Source of the DNA: Candidatus Anstonellaceae archaeon
GTDB taxonomy: Archaea > Micrarchaeota > Micrarchaeia > Anstonellales > Anstonellaceae
Length of the DNA: 64,000 nt
Assembly: GCA_038891055.1 (NCBI GenBank)
Contig: JAWAEU010000004.1
Span: 18,865 to 82,864, forward strand
Direction of reading: 5' to 3'
Below are positions 17,668 through 28,571 of the stretch, piece after piece. The position numbers and the translations under genes are program-made. Positions within the stretch are counted from its first letter, which is position 1. The number at the start of each line of letters is the position of its first letter. The notes beneath the pieces were generated by a model that was given only the letters and a program-made list of their open reading frames with translations, was not told where the DNA came from and did no database searches.

Positions 17668-20196
17668 TTATTTTTCTTCATTTATCTCTAAATTTTTTGC
17701 AATATTGGAAAATACTGGATCGATTAGATCTCCCCCATATTGGAACTGAATGATTTTTCCACCAGCATCTCTTACCGAATAATCTGGCCTTACCACAAGA
17801 TCTTGTAATGCATTAATTAATCTTCTTTGCATATAACCAGATCTGGCAGTTCTAATAGCGGTATTTACTAATGATTCTCTGCCTCCCATCGAATGCTGAA
17901 AATACTCTGTTGGACTTAATCCTTTTTTAAATGAGCTAGAAACAAAACCTCTTGCCATTACTCCCTTATCTCCTTTTTTAAAGTGAGGCAAAATTCTTCC
18001 TCTATATCCTCTGGATGGTCTTTTATTTCTTATAGCCTGTTGTCCAACCATAGAAGCCATTTGAATTGCATTTAATAATGAACCTCTTGCCCCAATAGAA
18101 GCCATTATTATAGAAGTGTTGTTAGTAGTTAGATTTTTCTCTACGATAGAACCAGAGAGATCTCTAGTTTTTGAGGTTAGACTCATTATTTTTTCTTCTA
18201 AGGATTCTTTTAGATTTTTTCCTGGAATAAGCTCCAGGGTCTTATTTTTATATTGAACTATTAAATTTTCTGTTTCTCGCTTTAGATTATCCTGCAATTT
18301 CTTTATTTGCTCCAAAGCTTCTTTTGATAAATTATAATTAGCTAAAGAAACAGAAAATCCATGGGAGGTTATAACTTCTAAAGATACTTTTCCTACTCTA
18401 TCTAAAAATTCCTTAGCTGCGTCAAATCCATCTAAAAGTATTATTTTTTCTAATATTTCACCTAAAGCTTTATTATCTACAGCTCCTTGAATTAAAATAC
18501 CATTTTTTATTATTACGGTATTATCTGGATGATCCGAGCCATCTGGATTTTTTCTTTTGAATTTAGTACTAACCACGCAGTTTAATTCTTTTGGTAAAAA
18601 CATAGAGAATAATAATTTTCCAGAATAATTTGTTTTTCTATCTGGTGGAGGTAGTTTTGTAATTCCGCCAATATACAACAGCCTACAGGCTTCCTCTTTG
18701 CTAAATTCAGCTTCTTCTCTTGTTAAAAACCAACAACCACTAATATAATCCTCGTGGAATTTAATTATTGGTTGCCCGTGCCTTGGAGAGAGAATTTGAT
18801 TATGTACTTTCATTAATATTTCTGCCTCTGCTTTTGCCTCTTCTGATTGAATTACATGTAAATTCATCTCATCTCCATCAAAATCAGCATTATAAGGCGG
18901 ACAGACTATTGGATTTAGCCTTAATGTTTTGCCTGGGAGGATTTTTGCTACGTGACATAATATGGATATTCTATGCAAAGAAGGCTGTCTGTTAAACAGG
19001 ACAATGTCACCATCAATTAACTGTCGCTCAACAATTGAACCTATTGCTAAATTGTTTAAAACTTCAGCTTTTGTTTGAGGAGTAACTCTTACTTTTTTTC
19101 CATCTGGTCTTATTACATATTCTGCCTTGGGATAGCTATCAGAGGCTATGAATTTTTTAACATATTCTATATTCCAAGAGGTTACTTTTAGAGGTACTGT
19201 TAATTCTTTAGCAATATCTAAAGGCACTCCTACTTCATCTATGGATATAGAAGGATCTGGAGAAATTACCGTCCTTGCTGAGAAATTAACCCTTTTTCCA
19301 GACAAATTGTACCTAAATCTCCCTTCTTTTCCTTTAAGTCTTGCTGAAAGTGTCTTTAGTGGCCTACCAGATCTATGTCTTGCTGGTGGAATATTAGCAG
19401 TTTCATTATTAAAGTAAGTGGTAACATGATACTGTAATAATTCCCAAAGATCTTCTATAATTAATTGAGGGGCTCCTGCATTAATATTTGCCTCAAGCCT
19501 TTGATTTATTCTCATAATATCTACTAATTTGTGAGTGAGATCATCTTCAGATCTATCCCCAGTTTCTAATGTGATAGAAGGTCTAACCGATACTGGGGGA
19601 ACGAGTAAACAAGTTAATACCATCCATTCTGGTCTACAATACTTGGGATCGATTCCTAAAGCAGCAACATCCTCATCCGGCACTGCGGCAAGCCAATCTC
19701 GAATCTCAGTTGGAAGCATGATTTCTTTATCTTTGTAAAATGTGGTTGGTTTCAATAATTTTATTTCTGGTAATCTCTGCCCAGTGTAAGGACAGTGAGT
19801 TGGCCTTTTTATTTTGATTTTTAATTCATCCTCACTATCAAGTTGTTTTTTTATTTTTTCTAATTGGTCTTGGGACCATATTATTCTCTTTGTGTAAGGA
19901 GAAGTATTTTGCAAAACATACAATATAGTTTTTGCAAATTCTGGATGAATTACAGGCCTTACTAATTCAATATAACCAAAATGTCCTGGAGAAGTACCTG
20001 CTTTTCCACCAGAGGTTTTATCAATTAATCCTGGGTCAATTACTCCCATTCTTTGATCTACCAATCCTCCCTCAATTGGATAGGAATCATCATTGTAGGT
20101 GTCTGGAACTGTTATTTTCACCACTGCCATTTTTCTTATCATTTCTGGAGAAAACAAGGAGAATTTTATTCTATCAATTTCTTTTGTTATTAACAT
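17668..20196 (-). CDS. rpoA1: RNA polymerase subunit A' (Rpo1N)
   Basis: Active site YNADFDGDEMN, LFNRQPSLH, bridge helix TARSGYMQRRL. Confidence 0.98.
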   Translation of the reverse strand: MLITKEIDRIKFSLFSPEMIRKMAVVKITVPDTYNDDSYPIEGGLVDQRMGVIDPGLIDKTSGGKAGTSPGHFGYIELVRPVIHPEFAKTILYVLQNTSPYTKRIIWSQDQLEKIKKQLDSEDELKIKIKRPTHCPYTGQRLPEIKLLKPTTFYKDKEIMLPTEIRDWLAAVPDEDVAALGIDPKYCRPEWMVLTCLLVPPVSVRPSITLETGDRSEDDLTHKLVDIMRINQRLEANINAGAPQLIIEDLWELLQYHVTTYFNNETANIPPARHRSGRPLKTLSARLKGKEGRFRYNLSGKRVNFSARTVISPDPSISIDEVGVPLDIAKELTVPLKVTSWNIEYVKKFIASDSYPKAEYVIRPDGKKVRVTPQTKAEVLNNLAIGSIVERQLIDGDIVLFNRQPSLHRISILCHVAKILPGKTLRLNPIVCPPYNADFDGDEMNLHVIQSEEAKAEAEILMKVHNQILSPRHGQPIIKFHEDYISGCWFLTREEAEFSKEEACRLLYIGGITKLPPPDRKTNYSGKLLFSMFLPKELNCVVSTKFKRKNPDGSDHPDNTVIIKNGILIQGAVDNKALGEILEKIILLDGFDAAKEFLDRVGKVSLEVITSHGFSVSLANYNLSKEALEQIKKLQDNLKRETENLIVQYKNKTLELIPGKNLKESLEEKIMSLTSKTRDLSGSIVEKNLTTNNTSIIMASIGARGSLLNAIQMASMVGQQAIRNKRPSRGYRGRILPHFKKGDKGVMARGFVSSSFKKGLSPTEYFQHSMGGRESLVNTAIRTARSGYMQRRLINALQDLVVRPDYSVRDAGGKIIQFQYGGDLIDPVFSNIAKNLEINEEK

Positions 20197-20208
20197 ATCA
20201 TCCACCCT

Positions 20209-22047
20209 CTAAGCCTTATCTCTTAAAATCAATCTTGGAAATATTCCAAGAGACTTTATTTCATCCAAAAGTAATTTAAATGCATGGGACATTTCTACCC
20301 AATATAGTTCTGTAGAGTTTTCATCCAATGGAGAAACTAATCTATTTCTAATGTAGTCTTTATAGCCTATGGCTCCTGTTTTTGCGCAAACTAACTGATA
20401 ACTCTTATCAGATTCTTCCAGCAGTCTTTCTTTTAGGAGCATTGCCGCACCATAGCCAATAAGACAATCTCTTTCCATTTCCCCAAATCTCAATCCCCCT
20501 TCTCTTGCTCTTCCTTCGGTAGGCTGGTGGGTTAATAACTGGACAGGTCCTCTTGCCCTAACATGCATTTTATTTGATACCAAATGATGAAGTTTTTGAT
20601 AGTAAATTACTCCAATAAATATTTTTGCTTTTAGTTGCTTGCCTGTTCTACCATCGTACAAAATTTCTTCCCCATAAGGCTCAAAACCTAAACTTTCTAA
20701 TTCTTTTACAAATTTTTCTTCCTTATCACCATTAAATGCAGTAGCATCAGCAAATTCTCCACTCATGCATGCTGCTTTACCAGCTAACATTTCTAAAAGA
20801 TGGCCTGCAGTCATTCTAGAAGGAATAGCATGGGGGTTTAATATTAGATCTGGTACCAATCCATCCTTTGTAAATGGCATATCGTTTTGATGTAACAATA
20901 AACCTATAACTCCTTTCTGGCCATGTCTAGAAGCAAATTTATCTCCATTTTCTGGAATTTTTATCGATCTTATTCTAATTTTTACAAGTTTTGTACCTGC
21001 TACTGACTCAGTTAGAAGGACAGAATCCACAATACCTTCATCTCCAGGTTTTATTGCAAGAGAATTATCTCTTCTTTTTTCTTCAACCATCCCAAAAACA
21101 GTTATTTCTTCCAAAAATCTTGGAGGAGAAGTTTTTCCAACAATTACATCCTTTGTTTTTACTTCTGCTTCTGGAAAAACTAAACCATCTTCACCTAAAT
21201 TTCTATATGAAGCTTCATCTCTATAACCTTGAGCGGTTAGGGGAGGAATTTCGAATTTATCTTTTTGGCCCCCTGGATAACGTCTTTCTTCAGTTTCATG
21301 GGTTTTGTAAAAGACAGACCTTCCAAGTCCTCTATCTACTGCTGATTTGTTAACTACTATTGCATCTGAGGTATTATAACCTGAAAGAGTGGTAATTGCT
21401 ACTACAAAATTCTGGCCTGCTGCATGCTGAAAAAAATTTAAAATTTTATATGGCCTTGTTTGTACCAATGGCTCTTGAGGATAGTACAAAATATGCCCCC
21501 TAGAATCATAGCGTTCATTAAAGTTTAGTAAATAGGTGCCTAAAGATTGTTTTGCCATAGAACAAGCCATAGTAATTCTTGGAGAGGAATTATATTCTAC
21601 AAAAGGCAAAATAGAAACAGTAATTCCAGTGATTGTGACTGGTTCTATTTCTAAATGAGTAGTTTTTTCTGTTATTTCTTCAGGGGTGGTTGCAATAAGA
21701 GCATGTTCTTCTTCATCAGCATCCAAATACTCGATTACTCCCATTGAAACTAGTTTCCCCCAACTGATTTGTTTTTGTTTTAATTTTTCAATTAAATCTG
21801 GTGTTAGTTTACTTTTTCCATTTTCTACTACTATATAAGGCCTTCTGGCTCTTCCTTGGTCAGAATTTACAAAAATTTCTGAAGTTTTTTTACTATAATA
21901 AAAATTAACAGACTTTGAAATATTTCCCTCTCTTCTGGCTTTTATTAAACTTTGGAAATATTTTTCTCCATCATCTACATATCCCAAAAGTTTTCCATTA
22001 TGAAAAACAGCTGTTTTTCCTTTGTATAAATCTAATTTTTTAGCCAT
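20209..22047 (-). CDS. rpoB1: RNA polymerase subunit B' (C-terminal half of split Rpo2)
   Basis: GDKFASRHGQKG, NPHAIPSRMT and GGLRFGEMERDC. Confidence 0.98.
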   Translation of the reverse strand: MAKKLDLYKGKTAVFHNGKLLGYVDDGEKYFQSLIKARREGNISKSVNFYYSKKTSEIFVNSDQGRARRPYIVVENGKSKLTPDLIEKLKQKQISWGKLVSMGVIEYLDADEEEHALIATTPEEITEKTTHLEIEPVTITGITVSILPFVEYNSSPRITMACSMAKQSLGTYLLNFNERYDSRGHILYYPQEPLVQTRPYKILNFFQHAAGQNFVVAITTLSGYNTSDAIVVNKSAVDRGLGRSVFYKTHETEERRYPGGQKDKFEIPPLTAQGYRDEASYRNLGEDGLVFPEAEVKTKDVIVGKTSPPRFLEEITVFGMVEEKRRDNSLAIKPGDEGIVDSVLLTESVAGTKLVKIRIRSIKIPENGDKFASRHGQKGVIGLLLHQNDMPFTKDGLVPDLILNPHAIPSRMTAGHLLEMLAGKAACMSGEFADATAFNGDKEEKFVKELESLGFEPYGEEILYDGRTGKQLKAKIFIGVIYYQKLHHLVSNKMHVRARGPVQLLTHQPTEGRAREGGLRFGEMERDCLIGYGAAMLLKERLLEESDKSYQLVCAKTGAIGYKDYIRNRLVSPLDENSTELYWVEMSHAFKLLLDEIKSLGIFPRLILRDKA

Positions 22048-22071
22048 AAAAATACCACCCTATTTTTTTTA

Positions 22072-23547
22072 TTACTCTGCATCTTTTTCCAATGGATTTA
22101 GACCTAATCTAAACAAGGCTTGTTCTATTTCTTCGCTATCTTCTCTAACTGAAATTTCGCAAAATAAAGCCATGTTTTTGACTAATGCACACGAGGGACC
22201 TTCTGGAGATTCATTTGGACAAATTTTTCCCCAATGTGTGCCATGTAAATCTCTTGCCTTAAAGTGAGGGTGCTTTCTAGAGAGTGGAGAGATTACTCTT
22301 CTAAGATGAGAGATTGAAGAAAGATAAGAAGTTCTATCCAAAAGTTGAGAAACTCCAGTTTGGCCCGCTATCCAATTTCCAGTAGCCATTGAATATTTAA
22401 TTCTGTCAGAAAGAGCATCTGGTCTTACTAATGTTTGAACCATTAACCTTCTTCCTCTTGCATCTGCCCTGGTTGCTTGATATGAAATATCTTTTACTAA
22501 AAATTGAAAGGAATATCTAAATAGTTCCTCCATTAAGTCGCCAGCTAATTTTATTCTTTTGTTTGAATAATGATCTTTATCATCTCCCTTAATTTTTTTT
22601 GCTGCTACTAATATTGCTCGTTGAGCCATGTTGCACAAATAAATTGCTTTTTGTAGCCTATCAGATGGCTCAGTTCCAATATGTGGCAAAAGATAAGTAT
22701 CTAATAATGTTTCTGCTCTTTTTTTACGATATTCTTCTGCCTGACCAGGAGAAGCTTTTTTCCCAATAAAATCTAGTGCTTCTGCACTATCCTTTGTTTC
22801 ATCTAATTCTAAATTTAGCAAAATGTCATTTTTTACTATTTCATCATCGATAAAATGAGCAAAAATTTTATTTTTCTTATCCAAACCAAGTGCCTTAATC
22901 ACGGTGATAAATAGCAAATCTTTTGGAGAAGCTGGAAAAGTACAAAATAAAGTACCATCAGAAGTTCTCTCCACTGTGGTTCTAGCTCTAAAACCTGCAC
23001 GAGTAGAAAAAACTTTAGAGACAACCATTGTATTTTCTTTTTCCCAAGTGGTCATAAGTTTATTTGGAGCCAAATCCTCAATTGAAACCAATGCTCTTTC
23101 AGATCCATTAATTATAAAATAACCGCCTGGATCAGATGGGTCCTCTCCAGCCTTTATCAATTCTTCTTCAGACATATTTTGCAAATAACAAAGGTCAGAC
23201 TTTATCATTACTGGAAGCTCACCTATGTAAGTCTCAGAAAAAACCTTTTTTTCAATTCCATTATAAACCGGAATAATTTCTAAAAAAATCGGAGAGGAAT
23301 ATGTTAAATTTCTTTCTCTTGCTTCTTGCGGATAGATATTTCTTTTAGATCCATCAGCTTCTACTACTTTTGGTTTGTCCAGTCTTATTTTTCCTAAATG
23401 TAATTCAAATCCTTCAATAGATGGTTTTATTACACCAACTCTATCCACTATTTCTTGAATTCCATAATGTATAAATTTATTATATGAATCCAAATGCTGT
23501 TTTACTAAGGAGTTTTCTTTAAAATATGCTTCTAGCAATTCTTTCAT
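22072..23547 (-). CDS. rpoB2: RNA polymerase subunit B'' (N-terminal half of split Rpo2)
   Basis: QHLDSYN, DPGGYFIINGSER, DDKDHYSNKR and HWGKICPNESPEG. Confidence 0.97.
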   Translation of the reverse strand: MKELLEAYFKENSLVKQHLDSYNKFIHYGIQEIVDRVGVIKPSIEGFELHLGKIRLDKPKVVEADGSKRNIYPQEARERNLTYSSPIFLEIIPVYNGIEKKVFSETYIGELPVMIKSDLCYLQNMSEEELIKAGEDPSDPGGYFIINGSERALVSIEDLAPNKLMTTWEKENTMVVSKVFSTRAGFRARTTVERTSDGTLFCTFPASPKDLLFITVIKALGLDKKNKIFAHFIDDEIVKNDILLNLELDETKDSAEALDFIGKKASPGQAEEYRKKRAETLLDTYLLPHIGTEPSDRLQKAIYLCNMAQRAILVAAKKIKGDDKDHYSNKRIKLAGDLMEELFRYSFQFLVKDISYQATRADARGRRLMVQTLVRPDALSDRIKYSMATGNWIAGQTGVSQLLDRTSYLSSISHLRRVISPLSRKHPHFKARDLHGTHWGKICPNESPEGPSCALVKNMALFCEISVREDSEEIEQALFRLGLNPLEKDAE

Positions 23548-23595
23548 TTTACCCCCTCGCCCAAATCTGAACCTAAGCTAAAAAAATACCATTTT

Positions 23596-23862
23596 TTAAC
23601 CTTTTTGCACTACTCTATAATAATTATATTCTCCAGTGAAATCTTTTCTTTTGATTAAGACAATATCGCCTATTTTTGGGTTTAAACCCACTAACGCAGG
23701 ATCTGATAATAATATCGTGGGAAAATCAGACTCTTTTGCCTTTAGCCTCTCAAGAAGTTTTTGTTTTTCTTCTGGACTTAGTATAAGATGCTCTCCCATT
23801 AAAAAGTGGGAAATTTTTTCTTTTAATTTGTTAGATTCTTTAATTTCTTTGGATTTAGCCAA
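23596..23862 (-). CDS. rpoH: RNA polymerase subunit H (Rpo5)
   Basis: HFLMGEHLILS, PTILLSDPA, GDIVLIKR and YYRVV. Confidence 0.93.
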   Translation of the reverse strand: MAKSKEIKESNKLKEKISHFLMGEHLILSPEEKQKLLERLKAKESDFPTILLSDPALVGLNPKIGDIVLIKRKDFTGEYNYYRVVQKG

Positions 23863-24050
23863 GGTAACACCTACTATATAGTATAAACACTAAACTTTAT
23901 AGTGCCTATAATTTAGTATAAAGTAATTTAAAAATTTTTCTGCATTAATTTTTTAAATAAAAAAAGATTTAAAAAGCTTTCTACTTAATTTTATATTTAA
24001 AAAATTTTTTAAAGTCCAAAATTGTTGTTTGGGAGGTTTAAGTTGGGTTT

Positions 24051-26054
24051 TTAATTTTTCTTTTGATGCTGTTGTTGCATAACTTTTAATTTATTAATTA
24101 GTTGCTCTTTTTTTTGGCAATCTTTGAGGGCTATTTTGACTACTTCTAAAATATTTTTAACAGCACTAACTTTAATTTTGTTTTTAATTTTTGGTGAGAG
24201 ATAAATATCGTTTAAATTTTTTTCTGGGACGATTATTTCTTTTAAACCTGCTTCTATTGCGGCTTCAGTTTTAGCGGTTGCTCCTCCTATTGGAAGGACA
24301 TCCCCTCTCACTGAGAGAGAGCCTGTCATTGCTAAGTCCTGTCTTATTGGAATTTCCTCCATAGCAGATAAAACTGCAATAGCAATCGAGATTGCTGCTG
24401 AATCTCCTTCTACTCCTTCATAGGTTTGTAAAAATTGAATATGTACATCATAGGACGAGACATTTTTTCCAATATATTTTTTAATTATGGCAGAAACATT
24501 TTCTACAGCTTCTTTTGCAATAGAGCCTAATTTTCCAGTTGCAATTATTTTTCCTTCGTTTTTTGAGGCTGCTGGAGTAACTTCTGCAACTATTGGTAAA
24601 ACCAAACCAGACATTCCATCTCCCAAAACTGCTAATCCATTCACTTTACCTATTTCATAACCAGAAGTAGAAAAAACTTCATATTCCTTTTTTATTTCAA
24701 TATATCTTGAAGCTAATTGTTGCTCCATAGTAAGTGCTAATTTTTTTGCTTTTCTTACATGTTCTGCAGTAGTGATTGGACTGCCTTCTCCTCTTGCAAT
24801 ATCCCCTGCTGCCCTTACCAATCCACCTAATTCTCTTAAATTTAGAGTAAAACGATTTTTTCTCCCAGCTCTTCTCCTTGCCTCGGCGATTATTTCTTCT
24901 ACAGCAGCTCTATCAAAATGAGGAATTTTTTTGTCTTTTACTACCTCTTGGGCAACAAATTGTACTAATTTATTTTCGTTTTCTGGATTATCCTCCATCG
25001 TCTCTTCCATATAAACTTCATAACCAGAACCTCGAATTCTAGATCTTATTGCCGGATGCATGTGCTTTAAATCCATATAATTTCCAGCTGCAACTAAAAC
25101 AAAATCACATGGCACTGGTTCTGTTTTTACTATTGCGCCAGAAGAAAGTTCAGATTGACCGGTTATTGGATATTTTTTTTCTTGCATTGCTGTTAGAATT
25201 TCTTGTTGCCAGCGCATCTTTAGGGAAGCTATTTCATCGATAAACAATACTCCTTTGTGTGCTTTGTGAATAGCTCCAGCTTCAACTCTTAGATGAGCTG
25301 GAGTACCAAGACCACCTGATTGAAGAGGGTCGTGCTTTACATCTCCCAGTAGTGCTCCTGCTTTATTTCCTGTTGCATCAATAAAAGGGGCAGTAAATCT
25401 ACCTGTATTGTCTACTATTAATTTTGGCTCGTTGTGTTCTATCATAAATCCCATTCGTCTACTTAGAGTATCGGTAAATCGCCATAAAAGATAAAACAAT
25501 CCGAATGCACCTATCACTGCTAAAACAAACCATTTGTTTTCGTTATTTAAAAATCCTGCTGCATATAGGGCTATTAAAATAAGCATTAAACCTAATAAAA
25601 ACAAAAGATTATTAGATTTTTTTTGTGGCTTATTTATTAGATTAGAAGCATTTTTTGCCATTTGATATAATAATCTTCCTGCTCCAGGAATATTTTCCAT
25701 TTTTGGTGACTTGAGAGAGCTAAATTTCTTGATTTGATTATAAATCAACATAAGTTCTGGGTCTTTTTTAATATCCTCTTCTTTTGGATAAGTTGGAACC
25801 ACTCTTATTAGAGGTTTATTTTCATCATTATGATTAGGATAAACTAATACGTCCTCTAAATCTTCAGCAGGCATTAATTCTGCCATTGCTTGAGCTAACA
25901 TGGATTTTCCAGTACCTGGTGGCCCTATCATAAGTACATGACGGCGTTGTTTTGCTGCTTTTTTTATTATGTCCACTGCCTTATCCTGTCCAATAACTTG
26001 ATCAATTAGCCTACTAGGAATTTTTATTTCTGCAGTGGTTTTAAAATCTAACAT
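24051..26054 (-). CDS. lonB: Membrane-anchored ATP-dependent protease LonB
   Basis: GPPGTGKS, two TM helices inside the AAA+ domain, LFIDEI, and GDSA...K catalytic dyad. Confidence 0.96.
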   Translation of the reverse strand: MLDFKTTAEIKIPSRLIDQVIGQDKAVDIIKKAAKQRRHVLMIGPPGTGKSMLAQAMAELMPAEDLEDVLVYPNHNDENKPLIRVVPTYPKEEDIKKDPELMLIYNQIKKFSSLKSPKMENIPGAGRLLYQMAKNASNLINKPQKKSNNLLFLLGLMLILIALYAAGFLNNENKWFVLAVIGAFGLFYLLWRFTDTLSRRMGFMIEHNEPKLIVDNTGRFTAPFIDATGNKAGALLGDVKHDPLQSGGLGTPAHLRVEAGAIHKAHKGVLFIDEIASLKMRWQQEILTAMQEKKYPITGQSELSSGAIVKTEPVPCDFVLVAAGNYMDLKHMHPAIRSRIRGSGYEVYMEETMEDNPENENKLVQFVAQEVVKDKKIPHFDRAAVEEIIAEARRRAGRKNRFTLNLRELGGLVRAAGDIARGEGSPITTAEHVRKAKKLALTMEQQLASRYIEIKKEYEVFSTSGYEIGKVNGLAVLGDGMSGLVLPIVAEVTPAASKNEGKIIATGKLGSIAKEAVENVSAIIKKYIGKNVSSYDVHIQFLQTYEGVEGDSAAISIAIAVLSAMEEIPIRQDLAMTGSLSVRGDVLPIGGATAKTEAAIEAGLKEIIVPEKNLNDIYLSPKIKNKIKVSAVKNILEVVKIALKDCQKKEQLINKLKVMQQQHQKKN

Positions 26055-26176
26055 CTCTTCACCATTAAAATTTTAACCTAAAGAAAATTAAAGAATATAT
26101 AATAAAAAAGAATTATTAAATTTAAAAACTTTTAGTACATCAGGCAGAGAATTTAGTTTTGTTAATAGAATTTATT

Positions 26177-26302
26177 TTATTCTATGGACAGATAGACATT
26201 TGGTCCAAATTTAAAAAAATATATTTCTCTATAGCTTAATTTTAGATTTTCAAAAAGTTGTTGTATTTGACTAAAGTTTAAGCCATTTAATAAAATTTTC
26301 AT
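26177..26302 (-). CDS. 41-aa small protein
   Basis: GGTGA SD 4 nt before the ATG of MKILLNGLNFSQIQQLFENLKLSYREIYFFKFGPNVYLSIE. Confidence 0.5.
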   Translation of the reverse strand: MKILLNGLNFSQIQQLFENLKLSYREIYFFKFGPNVYLSIE

Positions 26303-26382
26303 TTTATCACCTAAAAAAGTTAAAAAAATAAATATAACAAAGCTTTGTAGGGAGGTAATTTCCACTATATGCTAGAGTGGAG

Positions 26383-27627
26383 TTATTTCATTGAGACAAT
26401 AATTTTGTTTTGATCTATTTGTTCTACTGCACTAATTGGAATTAGAATTTTCTCTCCAAAAAAAGTTTTTATTGCCAATGCCTCTAAATTTGGCTCAATC
26501 CCTAATACTTTACCAACATAATTTCCATTTAGACTTATAACTTCTTTACCAGCAACTTTAAGTTTTGAAAATAGCTCTTTTCTCAATTTATTTAAAAATT
26601 CATGAGAGAAAAATCCAAGCGCACTACTTAGCAATATAATAAATAAAAGGCCTTCGAAATCCACGTAGGGAGGAACATCGTTTAAAAGCCAAGAGACTCC
26701 GGATATAAATACTAGCCATCCTAAAACAGTAAAAACTGCATATGTAGAATATCGTATTATTTCTACTTTTTTATTCTCTTTTACTAGATCCACAACCTTA
26801 CCTGTTATTAAAAGTATTATTGCCCATGGAAATAGTGTTAAAAAACTTCTAATTCCACTAGCTAGGGCAAGTGTAATGTTTTGCGAATCTCTAAAAAATT
26901 CATTAGCAGAATTATAAGCAGCCCAAATAGAAATAAAAATAAACAAAAATGACGGAATATACAAAATCAAAGAAATTTTATCAACAGAAAAAGAAAAGTC
27001 GCCTAAATATTTTAAAATCTTTTCTTCTATACCAAAACCTCTAAGAAGCAAATAAATAGAAATCAAAAAAATCGGTATTTCTATTCCCCAATTTAAGACC
27101 CTACTCAAAACAAAAATAATTCCCAACAAAGCTGGCACTCCAAAAATTAATCTTGCATAATATGGTTCTTTTAATTTTTCTAATATAACAAAATATGTTT
27201 TTTCTAATTCTTGAGCTTGTTTTACTACTACTATATCTACAGCGTCTATTTTAATTCTAGATTGAATTATTGTGACAGAGCTCTGATCAGAAACTCCGTC
27301 AGAAACTAAAATACAGGAATCAAACTTTTTTTGAGCTAAAATAGAGTCTAATTGTTTTGCTATTTCTTCATCTGCCACATATCCCAATTTAGAAGAGCCT
27401 GTGAGAGTTACTACTTCAACATCTAAATTTTCTTTTTTTAATTTGTCATACAAAGAAACTGCCCTAAAAATTGCATTGCTATCTACATCAGTCGGATCAA
27501 CCAATGCTAAAGATATGGCAGCGTTTAAATTCTCCTCCCTCCCTATTATGGGGCCAGAAATTGAAGCCTTTTCATAAATATCATTATCTCGATCTATACA
27601 TAAAATCAATTTTGATTTTTTTAGCAT
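26383..27627 (-). CDS. DUF373 family membrane protein with C-terminal PRC-barrel-like domain
   Basis: LCIDRDND, DPTDVDSNA, VSDG.SD and VKQAQELEKTYF; C-terminal GKEVISLNGNYVGKV. Confidence 0.85.
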   Translation of the reverse strand: MLKKSKLILCIDRDNDIYEKASISGPIIGREENLNAAISLALVDPTDVDSNAIFRAVSLYDKLKKENLDVEVVTLTGSSKLGYVADEEIAKQLDSILAQKKFDSCILVSDGVSDQSSVTIIQSRIKIDAVDIVVVKQAQELEKTYFVILEKLKEPYYARLIFGVPALLGIIFVLSRVLNWGIEIPIFLISIYLLLRGFGIEEKILKYLGDFSFSVDKISLILYIPSFLFIFISIWAAYNSANEFFRDSQNITLALASGIRSFLTLFPWAIILLITGKVVDLVKENKKVEIIRYSTYAVFTVLGWLVFISGVSWLLNDVPPYVDFEGLLFIILLSSALGFFSHEFLNKLRKELFSKLKVAGKEVISLNGNYVGKVLGIEPNLEALAIKTFFGEKILIPISAVEQIDQNKIIVSMK

Positions 27628-27697
27628 ATAAAAAATACACAATAAGTATTTAAAATTATTAGCAACTAACTTATTTATAGCATTTAGAGGTGAAATA

Positions 27698-28294
27698 GTG
27701 AATAAGACTACTAACAAAAATACTGATCACAATATAGCACAAATTGCATATCCTGGAAAATATCTTGGCTCTGAAGAGGAATATGAGCCTGGAGAAGGCA
27801 CATATACTAAAGATGGAGAGATATACTCAGAATTATTTGGAATAATAAAAGTAGAAAACAAAAAAATTTTTGTTCAGGCAAAAAGACCATTAGTAGATTT
27901 TTACATTGGACAGAAAGTAATTGGAAGAGTGGAAATGATTATAGAACCAATAGCTTTAGTGAAAGTGATAACCAAAACTTCTGAAAATAAGAGATTTTCA
28001 TATCAGACTCAAAGTTTTATTTTAAAAATTGAAAACATAAAAAATGGATTTGTGAAAAAAGTAAGTGACGAATATAAAGTTGGTGACATAATAAAAGCAA
28101 AAATAATAGAACTAAAAAATGGAGAGTATCATCTCTCAACTAAAGATGAAGACTGTGGGGTGATAAAAGCTTATAATTCCTCCCCACTCTACCCTCGATA
28201 TCCTCTTACCAAAACCCCAAATAGCTTAATAGACCTAAAAACAAACACAAAGGAATATAGAAAAGTTTCTTCTGATTATTTGTTAAAGATATAG
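27698..28294 (+). CDS. csl4: Exosome RNA-binding subunit Csl4 (Cys-less ribbon)
   Basis: PGKYLGSEEEYEPGEGTY, S1 domain VGDIIKAK, GVIKA...EYRKVSSDY; next to rpoL. Confidence 0.9.
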   Translation: MNKTTNKNTDHNIAQIAYPGKYLGSEEEYEPGEGTYTKDGEIYSELFGIIKVENKKIFVQAKRPLVDFYIGQKVIGRVEMIIEPIALVKVITKTSENKRFSYQTQSFILKIENIKNGFVKKVSDEYKVGDIIKAKIIELKNGEYHLSTKDEDCGVIKAYNSSPLYPRYPLTKTPNSLIDLKTNTKEYRKVSSDYLLKI

Positions 28295-28304
28295 AGGTGT
28301 AAAA

Positions 28305-28571
28305 ATGAAACTAAACGTAATAAAAAATGAGAAAAATTATCTTGAAATAGAATTTTTAGATCAAGACATGGCATTTGTAAATACAATAGCCTCGATAGCA
28401 TTAGAAAACAAAGACGTAGAATTTTGTGCTGCTAAATTAGACCACCCAGAAGTATCCAATCCAGTTCTAATTATAAGGACAAAAAGCTCAAGTCCAAAAA
28501 AAGTTTTAATAGAAGCAGCACAAGAGCTAAAAGAGCAAATAAAAAAATTACAAGAAGGGCTCAAAAAATAA
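28305..28571 (+). CDS. rpoL: RNA polymerase subunit L (Rpo11)
   Basis: LEIEF, DVEFCAAKLDHP and PVLIIRT; csl4-rpoL synteny. Confidence 0.9.
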   Translation: MKLNVIKNEKNYLEIEFLDQDMAFVNTIASIALENKDVEFCAAKLDHPEVSNPVLIIRTKSSSPKKVLIEAAQELKEQIKKLQEGLKK

